Below, in pieces: positions 9,316 through 19,263 of a stretch of 64,000 nucleotides of DNA. The translations under genes were made by a program, and so were the position numbers. This stretch comes from an uncultured Staphylococcaceae bacterium (lineage in GTDB: Bacteria > Bacillota_I > Bacilli_A > ML615J-28 > CAG-313): the NCBI GenBank assembly GCA_964409955.1, contig CAYPEY010000004.1, positions 1,569 to 65,568 of the forward strand. Reading direction: 5' to 3'. Position 1 is the first letter of the stretch, and the number at the start of each line of letters is the position of its first letter. The notes under the pieces are model-generated. The model was given only the letters and a program-made list of their open reading frames with translations. It was not told where the DNA came from and did not search any database.

Positions 9316-9351
9316 GCAATAACACAATTTAAAAAGTGTTATTGCTTTTTT
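9316..9351 (+). terminator. Intrinsic terminator after aroQ (potentially bidirectional)
   Basis: The stem gcaataacac/gtgttattgc has a 10-nt loop, followed by TTTTTT. An A-run on the other side could serve the convergent minus-strand genes. Confidence 0.7.
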
Positions 9352-9359
9352 ACATCTAC

Positions 9360-9893
9360 TTAATTAAAAATGTTAATAATTTTAATCTTTTTATTTTTTG
9401 AGCTAAATACTTCTGTTTTACAACCATCCAACATTTTCGTAAACAAATTGATTATAACAAATTTCTTACTATAATACTTTCGATAATATTCTATAGCATT
9501 ACCCATGAATTTTTCAATATTTCTAGAGTATTCAGTTTCTCCATAATCATGAAATAAATAAATTTTGTCGTCTTCTATTTTAAAAGTACTATCTAAATAT
9601 ACTTTTAACGTATCTATATTTACTAATTCATCTATTTCAAAAATCTCATACGCATTACCATTGCTACAAGCATAAAACAAAATATAATTTCTTGTATACA
9701 TAAAATATCTTATTATTAGCAAAACAAAGATAATTGTAAACGCAATTATTAATCCTATTTTTTTAAAGTTAGAAAAAGGTGCAAATAATGCTATAAATAA
9801 ACAACAAAAAGCAAAATATCCAATATAATTAACTAGATAAAGCGTCCTAGTATTTGATATATAATTTTCATTTTTTACGTTATAATATTTCAT
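9360..9893 (-). CDS. Hypothetical two-TM membrane protein; candidate immunity protein for the orphan RHS tip
   Basis: The ATG at 9891-9893 lies 2 nt after the orphan toxin's TAA stop. There are two hydrophobic helices (YLVNYIGYFAFCCLFIALFAPF, IGLIIAFTIIFVLLIIRYFMY). No family was recognised. Confidence 0.45.
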   Translation of the reverse strand: MKYYNVKNENYISNTRTLYLVNYIGYFAFCCLFIALFAPFSNFKKIGLIIAFTIIFVLLIIRYFMYTRNYILFYACSNGNAYEIFEIDELVNIDTLKVYLDSTFKIEDDKIYLFHDYGETEYSRNIEKFMGNAIEYYRKYYSKKFVIINLFTKMLDGCKTEVFSSKNKKIKIINIFN

Positions 9894-9895
9894 TA

Positions 9896-10500
9896 TTAGT
9901 TTGTACCTCCAAAAATTTGACATACGCACTCCCAAGTAGTCATTATTCCTTGAGAAATCGCTTTAACCATTGCACTTGCTGTTTCATCACTTAAAGGATT
10001 AACTCCTAAAAGTTGCGACAATCCAAATGTCATAAGACCTTTAGTAATATCAATCGCAAAGGCTTCCATAGTAGATTTACCCATAATATCAGCATCATAA
10101 TCTTCTATTCCTAATACACTATTCACACCTATTTTTATCATATTACCTATTGTAGTACTTAAAAGTCCTAAATAAGGAACAGGTGATATAAAACCACTAC
10201 AGTATTACCAACATATTCACCAAATGTTGTTGATTGCTCTTCATCTGTAATATCTTCTATAGCAGTTGTTAATATACTTATAGCTGCAGAGACACACATT
10301 ATTGTAAGTAATACTGGCCAATTTCCATTATCATCTGCAAACATCACCGGATTACTATTACAATATAAGAATAAATTCATTCCATTAAATAATGTTATAT
10401 CTAAATATTCTACATCATCTTGAGATAGCCATCTAAACATATATGGTGAATAATATCTTGCATTACAGTAATAAAAATTAGATTCAACGTCATAATCTTG
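9896..10500 (-). pseudogene. Orphan (displaced) RHS C-terminal toxin cassette, split by a frameshift
   Basis: The translation begins ...DYDVESNFYYCNARYYSP, matching the core end of the main RHS gene (47/51 nt identical to 11821-11871). It then diverges (NLFLYCNSNPVMFADDNGNWP plus a TM helix). The reading frame switches to -1 somewhere within 10171-10204, joining track ORFs 10168-10440 and 9896-10141. There is no upstream ATG or SD. Confidence 0.65.
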
Positions 10501-10620
10501 ATTATCCCTCTATAAATATATAATGTGTTAGTTATTTGAACTAGGTATCCTAGTCAAATATAGATAAGCGTGCAACACAATTTGTGATGCAAAGTGATGC
10601 ACGCTTTATCCTGTTTACAA

Positions 10621-11058
10621 TTATTTAATTATTTGTTCGATTTTATTATCTTTTAATATTTTTTCGAACTCATCTTTATATCTTGTATTAATCAAAACTT
10701 TTTTGTCCTTTATGAACAAATTAAATTGGTAGAATACAGATTTCCTATATCTGTTACATGTATATTTTTTAACATCACATATATTAAGCTCTATCCTTTT
10801 AAATAAAGTTTTTAAATAAACTCTTTCACTATCAAACTCAACTCTATATTTAATAGCATATAGCCATCCATATAAACCGATTGTTCCAAACATAACCCAT
10901 GCAATTGCGAACAAAATAATATCTTTATCACTATATTTATCGTTATTCATTAAATAAATAGACAAAGGCATTAATATTGCAAAAATATATCCAAAAATCA
11001 TAATATTTCTAAATGGTTTGCCTTCTTTTTTCATTCCGTCAATTATTCTATTATCCAT
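10621..11058 (-). CDS. Hypothetical two-TM membrane protein; candidate immunity protein for the main RHS toxin
   Basis: It starts 14 nt after the RHS stop with a GGGAGGA SD. It has two TM helices (IMIFGYIFAILMPLSIYLM, IILFAIAWVMFGTIGLYGWLYAI) and a basic soluble tail. Confidence 0.5.
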   Translation of the reverse strand: MDNRIIDGMKKEGKPFRNIMIFGYIFAILMPLSIYLMNNDKYSDKDIILFAIAWVMFGTIGLYGWLYAIKYRVEFDSERVYLKTLFKRIELNICDVKKYTCNRYRKSVFYQFNLFIKDKKVLINTRYKDEFEKILKDNKIEQIIK

Positions 11059-11072
11059 AATTTCCTCCCAGT

Positions 11073-11705
11073 TTAGTTAAAAATATCAACCAATAATATT
11101 ACACAGGTAGCAGCACCCGCAAGCGCTCTAGCGCCCGGCATTGGTATTGCTGCAATCCCTGCACATACAAGGTATGCTCCAGCAATAGTACCCCACCCTA
11201 CATTTGCAGTAATTTCTTGAGTAGTATTACCAGAAATTGTGCCAAATGAGAAAGAAATACCATCTTGCAAACTAATTTCTGCTCCATAAGTAATCCATGG
11301 TGTCAATTGCATACTAGTACCAAATCCAATGTTTGATGAAACATAAGCACTAATTCCATACCAATTTCCTAAATTCATTCCAACCCCAGCACTATATCCT
11401 CCATTACCTATATTACTATAAGAATAAAACATTTCTGAATCGTTCAATTGAGTTGTTATGGTATAAGAAATATTACCAAAGAAAGATCCAATAAAAGCAT
11501 TTTCAATCAACGAAGTAGTATAGTGTGTCATTTCAACAGAATTCGCTTTAGGCCAATTAATGCTACCAAAACTTGATCCACCTAATGATCCAAAACCACT
11601 AACTTTTGACCCTACAACTACACTTCCGCTTCCAACAATATTACTAAATGTTCCTCTTGTAGAACCAATCATTCCACCACTAGACAATCCACTAACATTT
11701 GAACT
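11073..11705 (-). other. C-terminal variable (toxin) domain of the RHS protein, about 210 aa, unrecognised family
   Basis: The region after NNPIGIVYSS is Gly/Ser-rich with alternating aromatic and small residues (GISAYVSSNIGFGTSMQLTPWITYGAEISLQDGISFSFGTISG). It ends in a hydrophobic segment, GTIAGAYLVCAGIAAIPMPGARALAGAATCVILLV. Confidence 0.5.
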
Positions 11706-14700
11706 ACTATATACAATTCCAATTGGATTATTTTTCGCATAACTATATAGATTTAGTCCATTAATAGATTGTGGATTTAAACTAGAAACATCTGCAGGTT
11801 GGATAAATCTTCCAAGTTCTGGTGAATAATATCTTGCATTACAATAATAAAAATTAGATTCAGTGTCGTAATAATAACCTTTATATCTATATGGATTAAT
11901 ATTAGCTATGGTTGTTCCTTCTAAATTCATTGCTTCCGAAATAGTTTCCCCATATGCTGTATAAGTATATCTAGCAACAAGTTCTCCTGATGAATCTACT
12001 ATATATTCTATATCACCAAGTAAATTTGTTATGTAATAATATATGTTACTTACACTGTTTTGAGTTAGTTTAAATCCTATTAAATTGTTATTATCATAAA
12101 TATATTCTATTGTTTTGTCAGTATGGATTTCACCTATTAAAAGATTATCCATATATACATATTCTATCACATCATATTGATTAGTTGAAGAATTATACAC
12201 TTCTTTTTTTACTCTTCTATCCATTGCATCATATGTATATTTGTATAAATAATATCCTTCATCATCATCATATAATCCTACGAAGTTACTACCTTCATAC
12301 ACGTAAATATAATCATGATAAGAATAAATTCTATTTGCGGAATCATATGTATAATATGTTGTATCACCATTATGCCTTATACTTGTTATTTTTGTTTTGT
12401 TATTTGAATCATATGTAGCTCCAACTTCTACAGATAAATCACCGTATTCTTCACTCTTATTATATCTTTCAATTGCTGTAAGATTTCCTAAACTATCATA
12501 ATAATACGTTGCCTTAAATACATACATTGAAGCATTTCCTGATGCATCTTTTTCCGTTCCAACAAATTCTGTTTTTAACTGATTATACTCATCATAAGTA
12601 TAATCATATACTCGAAAATGAATAGGTAAAACACCTGTTAAATCTTCTACTTCTCTTGTTTTTTGACTAACATTACCCATCACATCATATTTATATTCAT
12701 ATGTTATTCTATATTGTTCAGTATTTATTACTTCTTTAGATATTCTATTAGACGTAAAATTATTATCATATATACTTTGATTTGAATTATTCATATTATC
12801 ACTTGAAAAATATGTATAATCATACGTTATTATATTTTCATATGACACTGTATCAATAATCTTCTTTTGTGTAATTCTTCCAAGTGAATCAGTTATATTT
12901 TGAGTTCTTATATCTAAATAAGTGTTTTCAAAATAATATAAAACATTATCACTATTATATACATAATCTAAGTCGCTTGTTATTCCATTTATATTATATG
13001 TTATACCAGATAACATATTATCATCATCATAATCATATTGTATTTCATTACCAATACTATCTTTAGAAAGAAGTAAATTTCCATTTAAATCATATGTATA
13101 AGTATAATTAATTCCATTAATTCTATCATATACAACTGATAAATTTCCCATTTCATCATATAAATAATCATTATGTATAAAGTATTCATTAGTAGCTATA
13201 TCTTGTTCATAATAATAATCTAATTTTAAATCATCATCATATCCATAATGAATAACATACTGATTTCCATATGTTGCATTTGCAAGTAATCCCGTATATA
13301 TACTTTCATAACTATAGCCATTATAATAATTGTAATTATGATAATCATATTCAACAATAACATTATAAGTTCCAGTAGATGAGCTTCTTTCTGATATCTT
13401 TAGTATATCTCCATATACATTATATTCAAATTTATACTGAATAAAATCTGAACTAGACCCCATCTTTATTGTATCTACATAACCTTCATCATTATATGTA
13501 TAATTAATTTGTCTACTCGCAAGCGATATTTCATTTAATCTTAATAAACTATCATATGTATAGCTAATTACTTTATTATTAGCATTAGTTATAGAATTTA
13601 ATACACCGTTTGCTTCATTGTAATCATATAATGTAGTCACATCATATTCATCTATAAAAGCTTCTGTATACATATAATTTTCACTATATTGATACGAATT
13701 TAAATAATAACCAAGCGTATCATTACCAGTCAATATTTCAGTTACTACATCAATTCCAGTTATACCAAAATTTGTTACCTCTACATTTGAACTTGTATTA
13801 CTAAAAGAATTAATTTTATTTCCATTTATATCTTCCGTTAATGAAATATCATAAGTACTTGCGTCAACTTCTGTAATTTTATTATTTTCATCTCTTGTAA
13901 TAATAGTATTTTCATTAGATTTAGCAACCCCTATAACTTTACCATAATCATTATACTGATATTCAGTCATAGTTGGATTTTTATATAAAACTAAATTATC
14001 AATATAAATGCTATTTTTTCCAGAATTAGAAATAGATATTGTAGCTTGGTCCCAATAACTTTCTACCTCAAATGATTCTAATATATACTGATATCCTAAT
14101 ATATCATTTCGATATTTTATTGTATATATCGAACTACTTGTCAAATCAGTTGTATTATGAAGTTGTAATTTCATTTCAACATCTGAATTATTTGTTGAAA
14201 TATATCCACCAAACGAAATAAATTCTCCGTGATTTACAGATAAATTTATCGTTTTAGACATTGATGTTGCTGAACTTAATCTACCCTCTATATTTCCAAA
14301 TACATTTGAATAATTCCTTAAACATGCTATAACATTAGTCCAACCATTTGCAACTGAACCTCCTTCACTTCCTTCAAATGAATGATCATCGATATAATTA
14401 ATATTTGATGTATTAAAATCATTATGGGTCTCACTAAATCTTAAATTTTCAAAATATGATGTTGTATTATAAGTTGTTGAAAGCTCAATTACAATATCAT
14501 ATAACTCTTCTGAATAACCATTTACTGTAAAATTACAACTATATAGTTTATATTCATCATCTACTGAATTATAAGAAACATTACAATCAACATCAACATC
14601 AGCTAAATTCTTTGGATACACATTAATGTAACCACCATTAATAATCGTTTCATCATTACCAGTTGATTTAACATATCCATAAATTGTATACGATTTATAA

Positions 14701-17378
14701 CCATTTAACTTAATTACTTGCGAAACTTTCGGAGAATTAGTAGAGTTTCCATTTTTTATTTTTAATGCATAAAGCCCAAATAAATTTTCTGTTGTATCAA
14801 CATTAATAATGTTACCATTGCTATCATTTAAAATATTCCAATCACTAATTCCATCAATGGAATTATAAATTTCAAATCCGTTATTAATAATTTTATTATA
14901 CTTATTATTTATAGTATCCGTCTTATATAGCAATTTATTATTTAAATATGAATTACTACTATCATTTTCATATTTATAAAAATTAGCGTTACCTTTATCA
15001 TCATATACATTAATTACTTGTCCTGATGAATTAAATAAATAAGTTATCTCATTATTTAAATTATCCGTAAATATTGTTTTCTGAACATTATAACTAATTG
15101 TTACATTTGTAAGGTTTGTTGTTATGTCACTTCCATGAACTATTCTATTATAATAATTTATTACTTGTCGATAGTTTTCATCATAAACAAAATATAATTC
15201 ACTGTTATATGTAATATCACTACTTAAATCTTCAATAACTCCCGTCATATAATTGAATGTTTGATCTAAATCACTATCATAATACGTATGATAATCATAC
15301 CATGCAACTATATAACTTGTTGATGTTGTTGTATAATAAGTTAAATAATTTAAATTCAAATTACTATCATAATTATAAGCTATTTTTTTAGTAAAAGTTG
15401 TAGAATTACTAGATAAGTTTCTTGTAATAAGAATTTCTGTTAATAAATCATTTGTATATGTGAAATCAGCTTTATTTCCCATTGCGTCTATAATATAATC
15501 AATTACTTTTAGGCCACTTGATGTTGTTGCATGTGAAATGCTTACATATTCAGTATTATTCTCATCTAACATTTCGATTTTTGTTAAGTATCCTAAATTA
15601 TTATAATAATAAACTATTTCGCTATTTACAACTCTTTTATAATATTCATTACTGCTTGAAGAATTTATAGTAATTACAGAATCTGCTCCATCTTCACTAA
15701 TATAATGATCAACATCATCTATAACCTTTAATTTATGATACATTACATTTCCTGTAGAATCTATCAAGCAATAATAATTAGAGGTTGTAAGTCCCGTAAT
15801 AGATGTCGGCGATTCAATTTTTTCACTATAGTTACTTCGCCACCCATTTCCATAACCGATATTTTCATTTGAACTAACACTATTATAATAAAATGCTAAA
15901 TTAAATGAAGATCTTGCTGTATCATTAGTATAATCACTTCTTGCAACTACAAAATTTCCAGCAAAACTATTTAAATAAAAACATCCAGCACCACCCATAT
16001 CAACTTCTTGATAATTCCAATAATCTTTTATTCCTTTAACATCATAATAAGTCATACTAATAGAAGTTGCCCCAATAGATACATACTCTTCATTTAAACT
16101 AAAATCATATGGTGAAAATTCTAAATACATAAAATCATTAGATGCACTTTTTGCTACTTTTGTTATATTTGTATAAAACTTATTAGTTGTTCCAGAAACT
16201 TTTAAAGGTTTATCTATAAATTTTTTTGTATAGACAGTATTACCATTAATCGTATCATAATTTATATTTGATGTAATCTGATTTATACTTACTAAATACA
16301 TATTTGAAACATTTATTGTAGCAGTATTATACATAACAGCATTTGTAATTATTACATCTTTTGGAAGTTCTGATTTATCAATCTTCATAATTACGTATTT
16401 TGAGATATCAGTACCGTTATCATCATATTTTTGTAATTTAAAAGTTGTAGCTGTAGTTGTTAACGTTTTTGTTATTTGCTTATACTCTATTTTAGTTGGA
16501 CTTGTATTTAAAGTATATGTTACAGTTGGATCTATAACAACAGGATATGTTGCTAGTTCTAACCAACTTGATGATGGAGTAATTGTTATTAAATATTCAT
16601 TGTTCTTAATTAATTCTACATTCATTTCTATATCATAACTAATATTTCCATCTGAATCATACATAAAATATTTATCAATTCTATATATTAATTCATTATT
16701 ATCATTATAGAAATCAATACTTGATGTAGTTTCTACTAATGTTAAGTTAGTAATTGATAATGTATAACTAAAAGAAAAATCTTTAATATATTTATTTATA
16801 ATGATATTTTCTTTTAAAGATCTACTATCTGTTATGAGTTCTAAATCAACATTATCAAATATATCAGTATACATTACTTTTCCAACAAGATGGTTTAGAT
16901 TACTTCTATCTGTTTTGTCTTCAATAATCTTCGCTTCTACCTTATTAATACTGTTATATATTATTTCAATTTTAGTATTTTCATATTGTAATTTAATCTT
17001 TTTATTGGAATGAATTTTTTTTGGTATCTTTAATTTATAATCTATTGAAGCACTGTCTAATTCATTACCATTTTCTTCAAATGTTGAGTTAATCTCAACT
17101 AAATTATTAGATTCATCTAAATAATGAACAGGTCTATTATAGATATAACTTTCATATAAGTTATCACTTTTTTTATATACTTTACCATATTCAGATCTAT
17201 CAGTAGTTATCTCACCTATTACATCATCGTTTGGATCATAATAATCTTTATTTAATACTATTTCTTCTGTATTTTTAGAATAGATACCATCCTCAGCAAA
17301 TAATTTAACAAACGGAAAGTTTGCAAATATATTGACAAAGATACTTAATGTTATAAGAATACCTATTGTTCTTTTCAT
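11073..17378 (-). CDS. Secreted RHS/YD-repeat polymorphic toxin (WapA-like), 2101 aa
   Basis: The N-terminal signal peptide is MKRTIGILITLSIFVNIFANFPFVKLFA. Two regions look like carbohydrate-binding modules (NNGFEIYNS...W; HSFEGSEGG...NGW). Dozens of YD repeats follow (YxYDxxGNL type, e.g. YTYDLNGNLL, YTYDAMDRRV). The RHS core end is YDTESNFYYCNARYYSPELGRFIQPADV...NLYSYAKNNPIG. Confidence 0.9.
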   Translation of the reverse strand: MKRTIGILITLSIFVNIFANFPFVKLFAEDGIYSKNTEEIVLNKDYYDPNDDVIGEITTDRSEYGKVYKKSDNLYESYIYNRPVHYLDESNNLVEINSTFEENGNELDSASIDYKLKIPKKIHSNKKIKLQYENTKIEIIYNSINKVEAKIIEDKTDRSNLNHLVGKVMYTDIFDNVDLELITDSRSLKENIIINKYIKDFSFSYTLSITNLTLVETTSSIDFYNDNNELIYRIDKYFMYDSDGNISYDIEMNVELIKNNEYLITITPSSSWLELATYPVVIDPTVTYTLNTSPTKIEYKQITKTLTTTATTFKLQKYDDNGTDISKYVIMKIDKSELPKDVIITNAVMYNTATINVSNMYLVSINQITSNINYDTINGNTVYTKKFIDKPLKVSGTTNKFYTNITKVAKSASNDFMYLEFSPYDFSLNEEYVSIGATSISMTYYDVKGIKDYWNYQEVDMGGAGCFYLNSFAGNFVVARSDYTNDTARSSFNLAFYYNSVSSNENIGYGNGWRSNYSEKIESPTSITGLTTSNYYCLIDSTGNVMYHKLKVIDDVDHYISEDGADSVITINSSSSNEYYKRVVNSEIVYYYNNLGYLTKIEMLDENNTEYVSISHATTSSGLKVIDYIIDAMGNKADFTYTNDLLTEILITRNLSSNSTTFTKKIAYNYDSNLNLNYLTYYTTTSTSYIVAWYDYHTYYDSDLDQTFNYMTGVIEDLSSDITYNSELYFVYDENYRQVINYYNRIVHGSDITTNLTNVTISYNVQKTIFTDNLNNEITYLFNSSGQVINVYDDKGNANFYKYENDSSNSYLNNKLLYKTDTINNKYNKIINNGFEIYNSIDGISDWNILNDSNGNIINVDTTENLFGLYALKIKNGNSTNSPKVSQVIKLNGYKSYTIYGYVKSTGNDETIINGGYINVYPKNLADVDVDCNVSYNSVDDEYKLYSCNFTVNGYSEELYDIVIELSTTYNTTSYFENLRFSETHNDFNTSNINYIDDHSFEGSEGGSVANGWTNVIACLRNYSNVFGNIEGRLSSATSMSKTINLSVNHGEFISFGGYISTNNSDVEMKLQLHNTTDLTSSSIYTIKYRNDILGYQYILESFEVESYWDQATISISNSGKNSIYIDNLVLYKNPTMTEYQYNDYGKVIGVAKSNENTIITRDENNKITEVDASTYDISLTEDINGNKINSFSNTSSNVEVTNFGITGIDVVTEILTGNDTLGYYLNSYQYSENYMYTEAFIDEYDVTTLYDYNEANGVLNSITNANNKVISYTYDSLLRLNEISLASRQINYTYNDEGYVDTIKMGSSSDFIQYKFEYNVYGDILKISERSSSTGTYNVIVEYDYHNYNYYNGYSYESIYTGLLANATYGNQYVIHYGYDDDLKLDYYYEQDIATNEYFIHNDYLYDEMGNLSVVYDRINGINYTYTYDLNGNLLLSKDSIGNEIQYDYDDDNMLSGITYNINGITSDLDYVYNSDNVLYYFENTYLDIRTQNITDSLGRITQKKIIDTVSYENIITYDYTYFSSDNMNNSNQSIYDNNFTSNRISKEVINTEQYRITYEYKYDVMGNVSQKTREVEDLTGVLPIHFRVYDYTYDEYNQLKTEFVGTEKDASGNASMYVFKATYYYDSLGNLTAIERYNKSEEYGDLSVEVGATYDSNNKTKITSIRHNGDTTYYTYDSANRIYSYHDYIYVYEGSNFVGLYDDDEGYYLYKYTYDAMDRRVKKEVYNSSTNQYDVIEYVYMDNLLIGEIHTDKTIEYIYDNNNLIGFKLTQNSVSNIYYYITNLLGDIEYIVDSSGELVARYTYTAYGETISEAMNLEGTTIANINPYRYKGYYYDTESNFYYCNARYYSPELGRFIQPADVSSLNPQSINGLNLYSYAKNNPIGIVYSSSNVSGLSSGGMIGSTRGTFSNIVGSGSVVVGSKVSGFGSLGGSSFGSINWPKANSVEMTHYTTSLIENAFIGSFFGNISYTITTQLNDSEMFYSYSNIGNGGYSAGVGMNLGNWYGISAYVSSNIGFGTSMQLTPWITYGAEISLQDGISFSFGTISGNTTQEITANVGWGTIAGAYLVCAGIAAIPMPGARALAGAATCVILLVDIFN

Positions 17379-17478
17379 TTTTATTTTTCCCTTTCTTAGA
17401 TTAATTTTTATTTTATAAAAATAATCTAGCTGAAGAGAAACTCCACATATAATACATATAATTTCATATAACCTTCCT

Positions 17479-17518
17479 AAAAAGCAATAAGACCCCTTCT
17501 TTCCTAAGAAGAGGTCTT
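17479..17518 (-). terminator. Strong hairpin terminator inside the RHS 5' leader
   Basis: On the minus strand the sequence is AAGACCTCTTCTT-AGGA-AAGAAGGGGTCTT, a 13-bp stem including one G-U pair. It is followed by attgcTTTTT. Confidence 0.6.
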
Positions 17519-17570
17519 ATGTCATATCGAAAGTTATCAATTCTTAGGATATGGCTTTGGCCACACTTAT

Positions 17571-17599
17571 ATTGTATTATAATTAATTTTTGTTGTCAA
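17571..17599 (-). promoter_or_regulatory. Sigma-A type promoter upstream of the RHS locus
   Basis: On the minus strand the sequence reads TTGACA, a 17-nt spacer, then TACAAT. A-tracts spaced about 9-10 bp apart (17604-17650) lie upstream. Confidence 0.6.
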
Positions 17600-17718
17600 G
17601 CAATTTTATAATTGAAATTTTGAGCGTTTTTATGCTTTTTCACAATTTTTCCAAAAAAATTAACACAATATACAACGTTTTATTTATTTTTTAAAAATTA
17701 TAAGTTATTTCGTTTAAT

Positions 17719-18036
17719 TTATTTTTTTATACTTTTATTTAAAAAATAATCCATCTTCTCACGACCAACAAAGCCATATAAAGTTCTTTTTAGTTTGTCA
17801 TTTCGATAAATTAAAAGTTGGGGAAATACAAGATAATTATCCAATACAAAATCAACATCATTTTTATTTATAAATTTAATATTAATAGGATATTTAATTT
17901 TGGATAAACTATTTAATACTCTCGCTTTAAATAAATTACTTAATACTTGATCATCATCAAGGACTCCAATTACTAAATATTCATCTTTATATAAAGATTC
18001 ATAAAAAAGCTCTAAACTATACTCTGTAAAATACAT
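17719..18036 (-). CDS. Thioredoxin-fold protein lacking the CxxC motif
   Basis: The pattern YLVIGVLDDDQ...FPQLLIYRNDKLKRTLYGFVGREKMDYFL matches the thioredoxin beta-alpha-beta layout with a cis-Pro. The active-site cysteines are replaced by DDDQ. Confidence 0.45.
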   Translation of the reverse strand: MYFTEYSLELFYESLYKDEYLVIGVLDDDQVLSNLFKARVLNSLSKIKYPINIKFINKNDVDFVLDNYLVFPQLLIYRNDKLKRTLYGFVGREKMDYFLNKSIKK

Positions 18037-18124
18037 AAAATCACCTCTTCTTTAGAAATTATAACACCTCTTTGTTGCAAAATTTGTTCGTTTTTGCTAT
18101 AATAATAAAAGTTAGGAGAATTTT

Positions 18125-19261
18125 ATGAAAGTATTTGGTATTATCATTGAAGCTAACCCATTTCATAATGGTCATAAATACTTTATTGACCAAATCAAAA
18201 GTGAACATAACCCAGATATTATCATCGCTATAATGAGTGGTGGCTTTTCTATGAGAGGTGAAGTATCGCTTCTTGATAAATTCACAAAGACTAGTGTTTT
18301 ACTCGATAATAATGTTGACTTAGTATTTGAGTTACCATTTTATCAAGCAGTCCAAAGTGCTGACTACTTTGCGTCTTCTTCAGTTAAAATACTAAATGAA
18401 CTTGGTATTACTGATCTTGCTTTTGGAAGTGAAACTACAGATTTAGCTTTATACGATAAAGTATACGAATTTTATAAAACAACTTCAATAAACAGTAATT
18501 CTTCAAAAAGCACTAAACAAAATTGGTTAGAATCTCTTAAAAATAACAATTTTAATGAAAATGAACTAAAAATAATATCAAAACCCAATTTCACTTTAGG
18601 TTTTTCTTACTTTAAATTTATTAAAGATAATAATTTAAACATAAAGATTAATCTAATTAAACGAGTTAATAATAATTATGATGATGAAATTCCAACATCT
18701 TCTATTGCTAGTGCTACATCAATTAGAAATTTAGTATTAAATAATGATAATGTTGACGAATACATTCCTTATAACTCTAACCTTCTAATCGATTTAAATC
18801 AAGCAAACAATAATTTCCTTTTATTATTAAGACACGTCTTTTTAACAAAAGAAAATTCAACATCAGATTATGAAGCAAAAGAAGGATTATTTAATTACAT
18901 CAAGAATAACGGTAATTTTTATAAAGATTTAAACGTTTTAAGAGAAAGTTTAAAAAATAAAAAATATACAATAAATAAAATTAACCGTAATTTTATGCAT
19001 ACTTTACTTGAAACAAAACAAATAAATTCTTCTTGTGTCTATTTAAGAATGCTTGGGACTAATAAAAAGGGACTAGTATTTATTAACAATTTACCTAAAA
19101 ATGTAAAAATGGCCGTATTTTCGGCTCCAAAATCAAATTCAAACGATAATATTTCTAAATTATTAGAATATGAACTAGCTTCAACTAGACTTTATCAAAA
19201 TATCACAAATAATGAAAATTTATACTTAAACGAGTTTAAATTACCAATTAGAAAGGACTAA
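18125..19261 (+). CDS. tmcAL: tRNA(Met) cytidine acetate ligase-like nucleotidyltransferase (YlbM/UPF0348 family)
   Basis: The N-terminus MKVFGIIIEANPFHNGHKYFI carries the HxGH-type nucleotidyltransferase motif typical of this family. The length is about 380 aa. Confidence 0.7.
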   Translation: MKVFGIIIEANPFHNGHKYFIDQIKSEHNPDIIIAIMSGGFSMRGEVSLLDKFTKTSVLLDNNVDLVFELPFYQAVQSADYFASSSVKILNELGITDLAFGSETTDLALYDKVYEFYKTTSINSNSSKSTKQNWLESLKNNNFNENELKIISKPNFTLGFSYFKFIKDNNLNIKINLIKRVNNNYDDEIPTSSIASATSIRNLVLNNDNVDEYIPYNSNLLIDLNQANNNFLLLLRHVFLTKENSTSDYEAKEGLFNYIKNNGNFYKDLNVLRESLKNKKYTINKINRNFMHTLLETKQINSSCVYLRMLGTNKKGLVFINNLPKNVKMAVFSAPKSNSNDNISKLLEYELASTRLYQNITNNENLYLNEFKLPIRKD

Positions 19262-19263
19262 AT

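Noticed and set aside
9300-17720. The RHS island as a prophage or integrative element
   Set aside because: No integrase, transposase, tRNA attachment site or flanking direct repeats are visible. The island consists only of toxin and immunity genes bounded by terminators.
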